From contig CAZYVD010000006.1 of assembly GCA_964651045.1 (NCBI GenBank), forward strand, positions 8,570 through 72,569: a DNA stretch of 64,000 nt, given 5' to 3'. Positions 19,971-30,291 of this stretch are shown here, piece after piece. A model generated the notes under the pieces. The model ran no database searches. It saw only the letters and a program-made list of their open reading frames with translations, and was not told the origin of the DNA. How positions within the stretch are numbered: the first letter of the stretch is position 1; every line of letters begins with the position of its first letter. Source of the DNA: an uncultured bacterium (GTDB lineage Bacteria > Zhuqueibacterota > QNDG01 > DSAB01). The translations under genes and the position numbers were made by a program.

Positions 19971-20936
19971 TTAAACCCTTAATTCACCATCTTTTATTAT
20001 TATATGTTCATCTATTGTTAGGGTTGGTTTGAGCAGCACTGCATCGAAGTGGCAGCATATATCATTCCTTCCACCGAACGAGACATTATTTCCAAACCCA
20101 ATATGCACTGTACCGAGTACCTTTTCATCTTCGAGAGTACATCCTGTAAATTTTGCATGAGGATTTGTTCCTATCCCTATCTCTGCGATTTTTCGAGCGT
20201 CTTTCCCAAACGGTCTAATGAGTTTGCGTACGATCTGTGCTTCACTATCGCCAGATATTCGAACAACATACCCATCCTTTACTGACATCTTGATCGGGTT
20301 TACTATTTTACCGATACCTGGAAATGAACCATCTATAACCAATGTTCCGTTTGCAGAACCTGGTACAGGAGCGGCACATCCCTCTCCTGCAGGTAGGTTT
20401 GAGAACTGACCAGGCTCGTGAATCATGCCGGTGTCAGGATATCCCTTCATTTTGGATATAGATAATACTAAATCCGTTCCCTGCTTTGTGGTTAGATGTA
20501 CGGATCGTCCAATTGTTAAAATGTCTGCAAGCTTACGGCTGCGATTTTTTATCTCCCTGTAGTTTCCATTCATTGTTCTAGTAAGAGCCTCGGGAGTAAT
20601 GCCAGGGAGGCTTGCGATACGTGCCCCGTTCTTTGATGCTCTGCGTCTTGCCATTGTGTGAGAAAGAGATCGACTTGTAATGAGAACTATGACTTCGGAG
20701 TTGTTCATAAATGTTGCAACAGATTTTGAAGGTTCACCATAACCTGTCAATTCAGGTAGTATGATGAGGTTGGAATTTTTTGAGATATTTTTTGCCGATT
20801 GATAGAATCGATAGCCTAATTCTTGAAGAGGAGAGTCTGCAACAATAAGAATCGTTTCGTTCCTCTTCAGGTTCAGACAGTCCTTCAGTGCAGAGTGAAT
20901 AGCACGATTTAAATCTGCCATATAGGAAACTTCCAA
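19971..20936 (-). CDS. M29-family (AmpS/PepS-like) aminopeptidase-like protein; the true start may be the ATG at 20921
   Basis: Segments resembling aminopeptidase T/S motifs (EIGIGTNPHA..., DEKVLGTVHIGFG). 321 aa is shorter than canonical M29 enzymes. Confidence 0.45.
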   Translation of the reverse strand: MEVSYMADLNRAIHSALKDCLNLKRNETILIVADSPLQELGYRFYQSAKNISKNSNLIILPELTGYGEPSKSVATFMNNSEVIVLITSRSLSHTMARRRASKNGARIASLPGITPEALTRTMNGNYREIKNRSRKLADILTIGRSVHLTTKQGTDLVLSISKMKGYPDTGMIHEPGQFSNLPAGEGCAAPVPGSANGTLVIDGSFPGIGKIVNPIKMSVKDGYVVRISGDSEAQIVRKLIRPFGKDARKIAEIGIGTNPHAKFTGCTLEDEKVLGTVHIGFGNNVSFGGRNDICCHFDAVLLKPTLTIDEHIIIKDGELRV

Positions 20937-20946
20937 AATTAAATAT

Positions 20947-20979
20947 AGAAGCAGCCTTTAATAGATAAAGGCTGCTTCT
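20947..20979 (-). terminator. Perfect 13-bp hairpin (AGAAGCAGCCTTT / AAAGGCTGCTTCT, 7-nt loop) between the PqqD-like gene and the aminopeptidase gene; candidate terminator or attenuator
   Basis: Starts 3 nt after the PqqD-like stop. On the minus-strand transcript it is followed by AUAUUUAAUUUU. Confidence 0.4.
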
Positions 20980-20981
20980 GG

Positions 20982-21335
20982 TCAGTGAGTTTCAATATAT
21001 CTGATTAGTTTATAGTGATTCAGAATATGGAAAAACATGCCGAGCCGTTCATATACTGGATCGACGTCTTCACCAAATTCTTGCTTTAGCGAAAGTGCAA
21101 TCTCTTCAATTTTCAGCCTTCCGTTGCATCTCTCCCAAACGAAGCTTCCAAATCTGTCCAGCTTTACGTTGTAGTACAATCCCTTTCCCAGTCTTTTGAT
21201 AAGCAGTTTTAGAAGCCTGTTCCGAGTCTTAGGCTGCCAAAGAGATATTGTGCCATCTTCGTTTCTGACCCAGTCTACCGCATGGATCGGTGTAAGGTCT
21301 AGAAGATTTTTTTTATTAAGCTCTTTTTTTCCCAT
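20982..21335 (-). CDS. PqqD-like protein (RiPP recognition element, RRE fold), stand-alone
   Basis: C-terminal half matches the PqqD pattern (LDRFGSFVWERCNGRLKIEEIALSLKQEFGEDVDPVYERLGMFFHILNHYKLI). The start overlaps the OPT transporter gene by 20 nt. Confidence 0.5.
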   Translation of the reverse strand: MGKKELNKKNLLDLTPIHAVDWVRNEDGTISLWQPKTRNRLLKLLIKRLGKGLYYNVKLDRFGSFVWERCNGRLKIEEIALSLKQEFGEDVDPVYERLGMFFHILNHYKLIRYIETH

Positions 21336-23346
21336 TTGCCAGAGGTATATTGATCAAGATAAATGCAAGTATAGCAAAGACGACCAGCGCTAACCAGGGA
21401 TTTCCACCCTTTATTATCTGGGGCATGATTGATTTTCCTCCGCCTATCACAACTGTTGCGGCAATTATAATTCCCATCAGTGCCTCACCAGCGATTAGTC
21501 CAGATGCAAGCAGAACTCCAGTATTTTCGGTCCTCTCCTTGTTCAGCTTTTTCTTTTCCATGATGAGAGTGGTGATCCACTTAATTATTCCACCAATGAA
21601 TATGGCGAATGTTGTGTGGAGAGGAAGATACATTCCAACAGCAATCAGCATTGGGGAAGGTGCACCAATAAGAATAAGTCCAATTGAAAATAGAGCACCC
21701 ATTATCACCAATGGCCATGCCATACCACCTGTGATGATGCCCTGACTGAGCATTGCCATCAGACCTGCTTGAGGTGCGGGAAGCAGTTCGCCCCCAATTC
21801 CACCCATCTCGGCATATCCTGTATGGAGAAGCTGGAGTACAAGGGCCATGACAAGTGCTGCTGCAATGACGCCAATCATTACACCCATCTGCATGTACCG
21901 CGGAGTTCCTCCAAGAATGTGTCCTACCTTTAGATCCTGCATAATATCACCTGCAACGCCGCTCGAACAGCAGACCACTGCCGCGACACCAAGAACTGCA
22001 GCAATTCCAAATGCACCCTTTACTCCAACGATAACCATTAAGAGTGCAGCAACTATTAATGTTGAGAGTGTCAGACCTGATATGGGGTTGTTACTGGACC
22101 CGATGGTTCCAACAAGGAATCCGGCAACAGCAGCGAATAGAAATCCTGCTATTGTCATTACAAGGGCTGCTATTATAGCACCGACTATGCTGTGACTGAA
22201 ATAGTAGTAGAGAATTGCTATTGGAATAACCAGAGCGATGATTGAGATAATGGTTATAGAGTATGGTATGTCTTTCTCGAGTCTGTTGGTCTCCTGTTCA
22301 GGTGTCTTTTTACCAATCTTTTTAAGGTCTTGGAATGCACGGACCATCCCTGTGCTGAGAGATTTACGCATCTTAAAGAGCGTGTAAAATGCTCCAACCA
22401 GCATTGCACCTACTGCAAGAGGACGAACCTGAGAAAACCACACTGCATTGGTAATATCCAGCCAGTCGGCTCCTTCAGAGACAAGGTTTTGATAGTTTCC
22501 ATTGATAAAGATGAAAAGGGGAACAAGCATAAGGTGCCCAAACACTCCTCCTGAGAAGACGATCGAGGAGAGCTTTGGCCCTATGATATAGCCGACACCG
22601 AGCATTGCTGGCGATGCGGATGGTGATTCGATGAAAATTCCACCACTTGGATTTGATGCCGGAGCAACACTCTTCATGTCGCTGTTTAGGAGCTGAAAAT
22701 TTCTTACAACAGGAAGGCTCCAGAACTTCTCGACATAGCCACGGATCAACTGAAATCCGAAATTATTTCTGAAGAGTTCGAATAGTCCAGCTATACCGAT
22801 AGCACCAAATACATATTTTGCACCTGTTGCACCGCTCTGACCTGCCTTGACGATTTCAGCGCAAGCAACACTTTCAGGAAATGGCAGAGACTTATCTTCG
22901 ATGAGTACTCTACGTAGAAATATTACAAACAGTACTCCGAGAATGCCGCCTACCAGCATCAGTGCAGTACTTTCCCAGTAGTGTATGTTGTCCCATATGT
23001 TTTCACCGGATACAGGATTCTTAGCGATTAAGAAGGCAGGTATTGTAAAAATCGCACCTGCAACCAGTGCTTCACCAACGGCTGCCGTTGTTCTACATGT
23101 GTTTTCTTCGAGTACTGTGCCGCGAAATATCCGCAGTATCGCCATTGCCATTACTGCTGCAGGGAATGTAGCTGCCACTGTCATGCCTGCTACAAGGCCA
23201 AGATATGCGTTTGCCGATCCGAGAATGATAGAAAGAATAGCACCTACGATGAGAGCCTTGAAAGTAAACTCTCTCATTTTTGTCTCTGCAGGAACATAGG
23301 GCTTGAATTCTTCAGAGACATCTGCAAGTTTCTTTTCTTTTGCCAT
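21316..23346 (-). CDS. OPT-family oligopeptide transporter
   Basis: 676 aa with about 16 TM segments. N-terminal region typical of bacterial OPT proteins (FTFKALIVGAILSIILGSANAYLGLVAGMTVAATFPAAV). Confidence 0.75.
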   Translation of the reverse strand: MAKEKKLADVSEEFKPYVPAETKMREFTFKALIVGAILSIILGSANAYLGLVAGMTVAATFPAAVMAMAILRIFRGTVLEENTCRTTAAVGEALVAGAIFTIPAFLIAKNPVSGENIWDNIHYWESTALMLVGGILGVLFVIFLRRVLIEDKSLPFPESVACAEIVKAGQSGATGAKYVFGAIGIAGLFELFRNNFGFQLIRGYVEKFWSLPVVRNFQLLNSDMKSVAPASNPSGGIFIESPSASPAMLGVGYIIGPKLSSIVFSGGVFGHLMLVPLFIFINGNYQNLVSEGADWLDITNAVWFSQVRPLAVGAMLVGAFYTLFKMRKSLSTGMVRAFQDLKKIGKKTPEQETNRLEKDIPYSITIISIIALVIPIAILYYYFSHSIVGAIIAALVMTIAGFLFAAVAGFLVGTIGSSNNPISGLTLSTLIVAALLMVIVGVKGAFGIAAVLGVAAVVCCSSGVAGDIMQDLKVGHILGGTPRYMQMGVMIGVIAAALVMALVLQLLHTGYAEMGGIGGELLPAPQAGLMAMLSQGIITGGMAWPLVIMGALFSIGLILIGAPSPMLIAVGMYLPLHTTFAIFIGGIIKWITTLIMEKKKLNKERTENTGVLLASGLIAGEALMGIIIAATVVIGGGKSIMPQIIKGGNPWLALVVFAILAFILINIPLANGKKRA

Positions 23347-23466
23347 TCAATTCTCCTTATTGTTGGTTTTGAAGTAATCCTCATCGGAAGGAAAAGTATT
23401 TTAAAAATAATTTTAATTACTATAAATGTCAAGTGAAAATTTCAGAGTGTGAGGGGAATTTATTGA

Positions 23467-23494
23467 TTGACTTTTTTAAAAAAAAGATTATATT
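23467..23494 (+). promoter_or_regulatory. Sigma-70-like promoter for ecfT (TTGACT-N16-TATATT)
   Basis: Near-consensus -35 and -10 elements with a 16-nt spacer, about 40 nt upstream of the 23533 start. Confidence 0.35.
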
Positions 23495-23532
23495 TTACAA
23501 AAGAATAAAACAAATTCGATTTCTAAAACATT

Positions 23533-24333
23533 TTGATCAAGATTCAGGACATAACTCTGGGACAATTTGCTCCACGAGAATCTATTATTCATAGGTTAGA
23601 TCCCCGGACAAAAATATTAGGTTCCTTTTTTTTAATGATAATGATACTATTTACCAATAGATGGGAAGTTATACTGCTATATTTTGTAGTAGTATCTTTA
23701 TTTTACATCTTATCAAAATTAAATTTGACATTAGGTTTAAAGAATCTTAAACCCTTTATCTGGCTTTTTTTAATAACAATCTTGCTTCATACTCTATTTT
23801 CCGATGGTAAGGTACTATTCAGCGTGCCCCTATTATCGATTAATGCTACTCGCGAGGGTCTTGTTAAGGGAATCTTTTATACATTAAGAATCATTGTAAT
23901 AATGCTTACTGCAACTCTTCTAACACTGACAACATCTCCCATGTCGATTACAGATGCTATAGAGAAATTTTTAAGACCCTTCAGGAAATTAGCCATTCCT
24001 TCTCACGAGATTGCAATGATGGTATCATTGTCCTTAAGGTTTATTCCAATATTAATAGATGAGGCTGATAGAATAAGAAAGGCTCAGGAGTCGAGAGGCG
24101 CACGATTTGGCGGCAATATTGTCCAGAGAATCCGCAGTATCATTCCTGTGTTAGTTCCGCTTTTCATATCAACCTTCAGGCGTGCAAATGATCTTGCACT
24201 TGCAATGGATTCCAGATGCTACAGGGGAAGTGAAAACAGGACAAATTATTTTCTTCTTAGATTTGGAATAAATGACTATATTGCCGTTGTAATCTTAATA
24301 ATAACATGTATTCCAATCTTTATATTCAGATAA
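23533..24333 (+). CDS. ecfT: Energy-coupling factor transporter transmembrane (T) component
   Basis: CbiQ/EcfT family features (RLDPRTKI near the N-terminus, 5-6 TM helices, conserved Arg-rich cytoplasmic loop). Confidence 0.7.
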   Translation: MIKIQDITLGQFAPRESIIHRLDPRTKILGSFFLMIMILFTNRWEVILLYFVVVSLFYILSKLNLTLGLKNLKPFIWLFLITILLHTLFSDGKVLFSVPLLSINATREGLVKGIFYTLRIIVIMLTATLLTLTTSPMSITDAIEKFLRPFRKLAIPSHEIAMMVSLSLRFIPILIDEADRIRKAQESRGARFGGNIVQRIRSIIPVLVPLFISTFRRANDLALAMDSRCYRGSENRTNYFLLRFGINDYIAVVILIITCIPIFIFR

Positions 24334-24357
24334 TTTAGATTAAAAACAGGAATCTTA

Positions 24358-25083
24358 ATGAAGACCATAAAGTTGATCGTTGAATATGATGGTACAGAAT
24401 TCTCTGGATGGCAACTGCAACCAGAAAGAAGAACCGTTCAGGGAGAGATCGAGTCTGCACTCGAATCTCTTACCGGAGAGCAGATAAGGGTTGTTGGTTC
24501 AGGGAGAACAGATGCTGGTGTCCATGCACTTGGTCAGGTAGTAAGTTTCAGATCGAATCGTGATCTGCCTGTATCAGCATTCAGAGATGGATTAAATTCC
24601 TACCTTCCCGATGATGTTAGAGTATTATCTGCAGAAATTGTTAGCGACTCTTTCGATGCAAGAAGAGATGCAATAAGAAGAACTTATCGGTATATATTTT
24701 CTAAGAGAGAGAGAGTCATAGGAAGAAACTATTCCTGGTATCCGGGTAGCAGGTTAGATTTAAGAAAGCTAAAAAGGGTATCAAGAAATCTATTAGGGGA
24801 GAAAGATTTTTCCTCATTCTGCAAAAACGATGATGATTGTACTACTCGTGTCTTTACTATTAAATGGAGGGAGATGGAAGAGGAGATTCATTTTGAAATT
24901 TCGGCAGTACGCTTTTTACATAACATGATTAGAATAATCCTTGGAACTCTTTTAGAGGTCAACAGAGGAAGAATAACTCCAAAGAGGTTTAAAGAGATAA
25001 TCGATTATCGGGATCGTACAATGGCAGGGCCAACAATACCGCCTCACGGTCTGTATCTTTTAAGAGTAGAGTATAACAAATAG
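24358..25083 (+). CDS. truA: tRNA pseudouridine(38-40) synthase
   Basis: [15 protein letters not shown] and the catalytic-Asp motif [15 protein letters not shown]. Confidence 0.85.
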   Translation: MKTIKLIVEYDGTEFSGWQLQPERRTVQGEIESALESLTGEQIRVVGSGRTDAGVHALGQVVSFRSNRDLPVSAFRDGLNSYLPDDVRVLSAEIVSDSFDARRDAIRRTYRYIFSKRERVIGRNYSWYPGSRLDLRKLKRVSRNLLGEKDFSSFCKNDDDCTTRVFTIKWREMEEEIHFEISAVRFLHNMIRIILGTLLEVNRGRITPKRFKEIIDYRDRTMAGPTIPPHGLYLLRVEYNK

Positions 25084-25093
25084 GGGAGGAAAG

Positions 25094-25750
25094 ATGAAAT
25101 TTTTTATTGACACGGCAAATGTTGATGAGATTAGAGAAGCTGCAGATCTCGGTGTACTCGACGGGGTAACTACAAATCCGACTCTGCTTTCAAGAGAGAT
25201 TAAAAGAACAGGTGAGGAGTCTGATAAGATTCTGAAAACGATCTGCCAGATAGTTAAAGGGCCTGTAAGTGCAGAAGTGATCTCATTGGAAGTTAATGGG
25301 ATGGTGGAAGAGGCGAGAAGGCTTGCAGCGCTTGATGAACACATTGTGATTAAGATTCCCATTATTAAGGATGGACTTAAAGCTGTTAAGAGGCTGTCGA
25401 GTGAGGGAATAAAGACAAACGTAACATTGATATTTTCTCCGACTCAGGCTCTTCTTGCAGCAAAGGCAGGTGCAACATATGTCAGTCCATTTGTGGGAAG
25501 GCTTGACGATATAGGTCACTTTGGGATGGAACTCGTTGATCAAATAGTAAATATGTTTGATAATTATGGTATAGATACAGAGGTAATAGTGGCAAGCATC
25601 AGAAATCCGCTGCATGTTATAGATGCTGCGATGATCGGTGCCGATATTGCGACAATACCATTTGCAGTAATTGAGAAAATTTTAAAACATCCACTCACAG
25701 ATTCAGGAATAGAAAGATTCCTAAAAGACTGGGAAAAGATTAAAAAATAG
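25094..25750 (+). CDS. tal: Short-type transaldolase / fructose-6-phosphate aldolase
   Basis: [16 protein letters not shown]...GVTTNPTLL; 218 aa TalC/FsaA class with Schiff-base Lys region. Confidence 0.85.
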   Translation: MKFFIDTANVDEIREAADLGVLDGVTTNPTLLSREIKRTGEESDKILKTICQIVKGPVSAEVISLEVNGMVEEARRLAALDEHIVIKIPIIKDGLKAVKRLSSEGIKTNVTLIFSPTQALLAAKAGATYVSPFVGRLDDIGHFGMELVDQIVNMFDNYGIDTEVIVASIRNPLHVIDAAMIGADIATIPFAVIEKILKHPLTDSGIERFLKDWEKIKK

Positions 25751-25770
25751 ATTTAGAAGGATATATTTTT

Positions 25771-26937
25771 ATGCATAAATTAAAAAGATTGTTGTTTATA
25801 TTGTTGTATATAGTTGTTGTTCTTCTTTTTCCACTATCGGAGTGTGGAGGTAGTGGGGAGGAGGGCAACAGGGATACGGTGATCAAGGCAGGTTCCACTG
25901 CGATAGAAATACCCATTCGTTCAAATAGTAAGAATTTATCCGATGATTCAATTACCACATCACGTGAAAATGCGATTACGCGTGCAGTGCAACAGATAAG
26001 TCCAACAGTGGTCGGTATAACCGTTTTTTCAATACAGAAACGCAGGATAGATCCGTTGTTTTCATATTTTATTCCGGAAAAGGTCCAGGGATTTGGATCG
26101 GGATTTTTCATCTCACCAGATGGATTGATATTGACAAACGAGCATGTAATACACAATGCTCAGAAAATTTTTGTGACAACGACCGCTCAAAAACAGTATG
26201 AAGCAGAGCTTGTTGGCAAGGATGCATTGTATGATGTTGCTTTACTTAAAATTGAGGGAGAAAATTTTCCTTACATAAGACTCGGAAATTCTGACGATGT
26301 TATTATAGGTGAATGGGTAATAGCACTTGGTAATCCGTTTGGACTATTTCAAATCGGTCTTAAGCCAACAGTGACCGTTGGAGTTGTGAGTGCTACTGGC
26401 ATGGATTTCAAATCGAGTATAGAGGGCCGTTCGTACGAGGATATGATTCAGACAGATGCTGCGATAAATGAAGGGAACAGTGGAGGTCCGCTTGTAAATA
26501 GTCTTGGACAGTGCATAGGAATAAATACCTTCATTTTTACTGGGAGCAAATATTCTGAAGGATCCGTGGGAATAGGTTTTGCAATACCGATCAATAGAGT
26601 AAAACAAATTTTACCGGATCTGAAGCGTATAGGTAGAGTCAATAGACCATACCACATTGGTATAAGAGTTGAAAATATTAATTGGGTTGTAGCGTTTATG
26701 CTTGGCATATCTCAGAGGGACGGAGTAATTGTATCAAAGGTCGAAAAAGACAGCCCTGCAGAAAGAGCTGGTATCAGAAGAGACGACATTATTGTGGAAA
26801 TAAACGATATGAGAGTTCATAATAGATCAGAGTATGAGAGAATAATAAATTCTATAGATTTTGCATCAAGCCCTAAATTGAAGATGATAATATTCAGAAA
26901 CGGAAGGCTTTATGAGGCAGCTATCTTACTGGATTAA
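25771..26937 (+). CDS. Periplasmic serine protease of the HtrA/DegP family (trypsin-like S1C plus PDZ)
   Basis: Catalytic GNSGGPLVN motif, signal peptide and a C-terminal PDZ-like region. Confidence 0.8.
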   Translation: MHKLKRLLFILLYIVVVLLFPLSECGGSGEEGNRDTVIKAGSTAIEIPIRSNSKNLSDDSITTSRENAITRAVQQISPTVVGITVFSIQKRRIDPLFSYFIPEKVQGFGSGFFISPDGLILTNEHVIHNAQKIFVTTTAQKQYEAELVGKDALYDVALLKIEGENFPYIRLGNSDDVIIGEWVIALGNPFGLFQIGLKPTVTVGVVSATGMDFKSSIEGRSYEDMIQTDAAINEGNSGGPLVNSLGQCIGINTFIFTGSKYSEGSVGIGFAIPINRVKQILPDLKRIGRVNRPYHIGIRVENINWVVAFMLGISQRDGVIVSKVEKDSPAERAGIRRDDIIVEINDMRVHNRSEYERIINSIDFASSPKLKMIIFRNGRLYEAAILLD

Positions 26938-26958
26938 AAAATTAGGGAGGATAAAGAA

Positions 26959-28239
26959 ATGAAGAATATTCTAAAAATTTTAGTTGTCACAATTCTTTTA
27001 GTGGTACTTACTGTACCTCTTGGGGCGAGCGATACGAGAATAAAGGGTCTTGGATATTTGACAAACTACTATGTAAGGGATCCGTACAACATATGGCTTT
27101 TCCCTTCCAATATTATTGGCTATAAAAATATGATATTTGTAGATTCAAAGATTGACACTACATTGTGGAGAGGCGGCATTCATTTTCCTATTGCTAGTAC
27201 TGTGACAGTGGGAATATATCTAAGCAACGATGTAGAAAAAATATATTATACAGATACAGAGTTTAAATTTGATCCCTTTGACAGGAAAGATTATTTTCCA
27301 AATCTGGACAAAGATGAAGTCTCCCATCAATTTACAATATTTAGTGGATTCGAATTGACAAACATGGATATTGGATTGTTGATATCATCTTTCAGCTCAA
27401 GATTTACATATAACTATACAAATCCTGCCGATACAACTGCAGAAGTATATGAAGACAAATTAAGTTCGCGTCTATATTCTGTTGGAATTGACTATAAGTT
27501 AAACGAAAGAAGCAGAATGGATGCATCGGTTTTTTATTACTCTGGCGGCTTTTCTCATACTCATTCTGTGGGTCTCTTTGGTGACACTACAAAAGTAAAA
27601 CAGCCAGAAGGGTACAACGGTTATGGAATAAACTGCAGGCTCTTTTATGTGTTGAACAAGAATGCGGTGCTCGTACCATTTGCTGGATATTTTACAGGGG
27701 GAGTAGGCTACAAAAATCTTATAAAAACGGGAAATATATATGATACTTATGTTGATAAAATCAGCAGTTACAGGGTGGGTATAGGCGTTGATATTATTCC
27801 CAGGAAAAAGAGTCTTGTTACAATTGCTGGAGGCATAGAGAGTCAATCTGGTAGTTTAGAGGTTACAATGTTTAATGGAAATCCTCCAGTAACGGGTTCG
27901 ATTTCTGAGAAGGCATTTCCATTTTTAAGTGTTGGTTTTGAAACAAGGCTTCTTAAGTGGCTTGAGGCGCGTTTTAGTTTTTATGAACTGCTTAAATCTT
28001 TCACAGAGAAGTCACCGGGAGTAAACAGCAATCTTGATGAAGCAACAATTACAGGAAGCAGTTATGCAGCAAGATTTGGACTCTCGTTTCATTTCAGACG
28101 TATCGATATCGATACCCTTATCGATACAAACACTGCTGCAGATTTTATTCATTATGGACCCTATTTGCTTGGGGGAAAAAGTTATTCAGGAAGAGGGTTC
28201 TTTACAAATATTTCTATAACATATAAATTTAAGGAATAA
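26959..28239 (+). CDS. Putative outer-membrane beta-barrel protein of unknown function
   Basis: Signal peptide; alternating-hydrophobic beta-strand pattern; aromatic-rich C-terminus. Confidence 0.4.
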   Translation: MKNILKILVVTILLVVLTVPLGASDTRIKGLGYLTNYYVRDPYNIWLFPSNIIGYKNMIFVDSKIDTTLWRGGIHFPIASTVTVGIYLSNDVEKIYYTDTEFKFDPFDRKDYFPNLDKDEVSHQFTIFSGFELTNMDIGLLISSFSSRFTYNYTNPADTTAEVYEDKLSSRLYSVGIDYKLNERSRMDASVFYYSGGFSHTHSVGLFGDTTKVKQPEGYNGYGINCRLFYVLNKNAVLVPFAGYFTGGVGYKNLIKTGNIYDTYVDKISSYRVGIGVDIIPRKKSLVTIAGGIESQSGSLEVTMFNGNPPVTGSISEKAFPFLSVGFETRLLKWLEARFSFYELLKSFTEKSPGVNSNLDEATITGSSYAARFGLSFHFRRIDIDTLIDTNTAADFIHYGPYLLGGKSYSGRGFFTNISITYKFKE

Positions 28240-28269
28240 ATTGTGATTTAAATTAAGTTCGGAGGAAAG

Positions 28270-29565
28270 TTGATAGCCAGATATACTCTTCCCAGAATGG
28301 GAAGAATATGGACTCTTGAGAATAAATACAGAAAGTGGCTTGAAGTAGAACTGGCTGTATGTGAGGTTCAGGCAGAGAGGGGTGTAATACCCAGGGATGC
28401 CTGGATTGAGATCAGGGAGCGGGCCAGATTTGATGTAAAGAGAATAGATGAGATAGAGAGTGAAGTAAAACATGATGTTATAGCATTTCTTACAAATGTT
28501 GCAGAGAATGTCGGTCCCGCTTCTCGCTATATACATGCTGGAATGACCTCTTCTGATGTTCTTGACACTGCTACTTCTATTCAGATTAAGGAGGCTGGTG
28601 AGGTTTTAATAGAAGATCTAATCAAGCTTAGAGAGGTGTTGAAAAAGAGGGCACTGGAATTTAAGGATACTGTATGTATTGGAAGGTCACACGGTATTCA
28701 TGCAGAACCAATCACTTTTGGGTTGAAGATGGCACTGTGGTTTGATGAGGCAGGCCGGAATTTGAAGAGGCTTAGAGATGGAATAGAAAATGTGGCTGTA
28801 GGTAAAATCTCAGGAGCGGTTGGAACATTTGCCCATCTCGATCCGGAGATAGAAGAGAGGGTATGCTCAAAACTTGGATTAAAATATGCACCCGTTTCTA
28901 CTCAGGTAGTCCAGAGGGACAGACATGCACACTTCATGATGGTACTTGCAGTTATTGGAGCCAGCTTGGAGAAAATATCTGTTGAACTGAGACATCTTCA
29001 GAGAACAGAAGTGCTTGAGGCAGAGGAGTTTTTCTCAAAGGGACAGAAAGGGTCATCGGCAATGCCGCACAAGAGAAATCCCATTACATGCGAAAGGATT
29101 TCAGGACTTGCAAGGGTTCTTCGGGCAAATGCAATTGCAGCATTGGAGAATGTTGCCCTCTGGCATGAGAGAGATATATCTCATTCATCTGTTGAGCGGA
29201 TCATACTTCCTGACTCAACCATACTATTAGACTATATGTTGAACAAGAGTTCAGAGCTGATAGAGAATCTGATTGTGTATCCGGAAAAAATGAAACAAAA
29301 CATGGACATTACAAAAGGATTGATATTTTCGCAGCCGCTGCTTTTAAAACTGATAATGAAGGGTATCACAAGAGAGAAGGCATATGAAATGGTTCAGAAT
29401 GTGGCAATGAGATGCTGGAAATCAAAAATGTACTTTTTAGCCGCAGTCAGTGAAGATGAGAATATCAGGAAGATATTGACAGATGAGGAGATCAAAGAGT
29501 GTTTCAATCTCAAAAATCAGCTTAGAAATATGGATTACATTTTTAAGCGTTGTGGTATATTATAA
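28270..29565 (+). CDS. purB: Adenylosuccinate lyase
   Basis: N-terminus MIARYTLPRMGRIWTLENKYRKWLEVE and the fumarate-lyase signature (SSAMPHKRNP). Confidence 0.9.
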   Translation: MIARYTLPRMGRIWTLENKYRKWLEVELAVCEVQAERGVIPRDAWIEIRERARFDVKRIDEIESEVKHDVIAFLTNVAENVGPASRYIHAGMTSSDVLDTATSIQIKEAGEVLIEDLIKLREVLKKRALEFKDTVCIGRSHGIHAEPITFGLKMALWFDEAGRNLKRLRDGIENVAVGKISGAVGTFAHLDPEIEERVCSKLGLKYAPVSTQVVQRDRHAHFMMVLAVIGASLEKISVELRHLQRTEVLEAEEFFSKGQKGSSAMPHKRNPITCERISGLARVLRANAIAALENVALWHERDISHSSVERIILPDSTILLDYMLNKSSELIENLIVYPEKMKQNMDITKGLIFSQPLLLKLIMKGITREKAYEMVQNVAMRCWKSKMYFLAAVSEDENIRKILTDEEIKECFNLKNQLRNMDYIFKRCGIL

Positions 29566-29574
29566 GATTGGAGG

Positions 29575-30291
29575 TTGCTTTTGGAGATAACAAAAGGTAA
29601 ATTATTGTATGAAGGAAAATATAAGAAGCTATACTCTACTGGAAGTGATGATTTTCTGATTCTTCACTTCAAGGATAATGCATATCTGGCAAGGAATGAA
29701 AAGACAACGATTAAAAACAAGGGAACAAACAACTGTAAGATTTCGGCATTACTATTCAAATATTTTGAGAGTCATCACATTCCAACTCATTTTGTTGAGC
29801 TCTTCAAATCAAATGAAGTTGTAATAAAGAGGTGTGATATATTTGATTTTTTTGTAAAGGTGTGGAATATTTCCGCAGGATCGTTTTCAAGCAGATATAA
29901 GATCAAAAAGGGTGAGGCACTGAACATGCCGATCATTGAATACTATTTGAAAAGGGAAGAACTCAATTATCCCATGATCTCAGCAGATTATATAATTGCA
30001 ATGGGGATTGCACAAGAGGAGGAGTTAAGAACCATTAATCAACTATCTAAAAAGGGCAATGCTGTTATTAAATCTTTTTTTGCAAGAAGATCTCTCGAGT
30101 TGTGTGAAATAAACTTTGAATTTGGTAAACACAAAAATAAAATAATGTTGACAGACGAGATATCGCCCGATACTTTTTATTTTATCGATTCATCTTCAAA
30201 AGAAAAGATGGACAACAGAGAATTGATAGCAAAGTCGCAGAACAGGCCTGAGGCCTATTTAACATTAACAAACAGAATATGTGCAAAATGA
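29575..30291 (+). CDS. purC: Phosphoribosylaminoimidazole-succinocarboxamide (SAICAR) synthase; TTG start
   Basis: LLYEGKYKKLYST...ILHFKDN... conserved SAICAR synthetase N-terminal region. RBS TTGGAGG. Confidence 0.8.
   Translation: MLLEITKGKLLYEGKYKKLYSTGSDDFLILHFKDNAYLARNEKTTIKNKGTNNCKISALLFKYFESHHIPTHFVELFKSNEVVIKRCDIFDFFVKVWNISAGSFSSRYKIKKGEALNMPIIEYYLKREELNYPMISADYIIAMGIAQEEELRTINQLSKKGNAVIKSFFARRSLELCEINFEFGKHKNKIMLTDEISPDTFYFIDSSSKEKMDNRELIAKSQNRPEAYLTLTNRICAK

Noticed and set aside
21350-23299. Several 100-130-aa ORFs antisense to the OPT transporter gene (Pro/Ala/Thr-rich)
   Set aside because: Typical shadow ORFs produced on the opposite strand of a membrane-protein gene; no RBS or conservation signal.
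23347-23532. Possible riboswitch in the 186-nt leader upstream of orphan ecfT
   Set aside because: I could not recognise any known riboswitch core (TPP, THF, preQ1, cobalamin, FMN) by eye. The region contains a plausible sigma-70 promoter instead.
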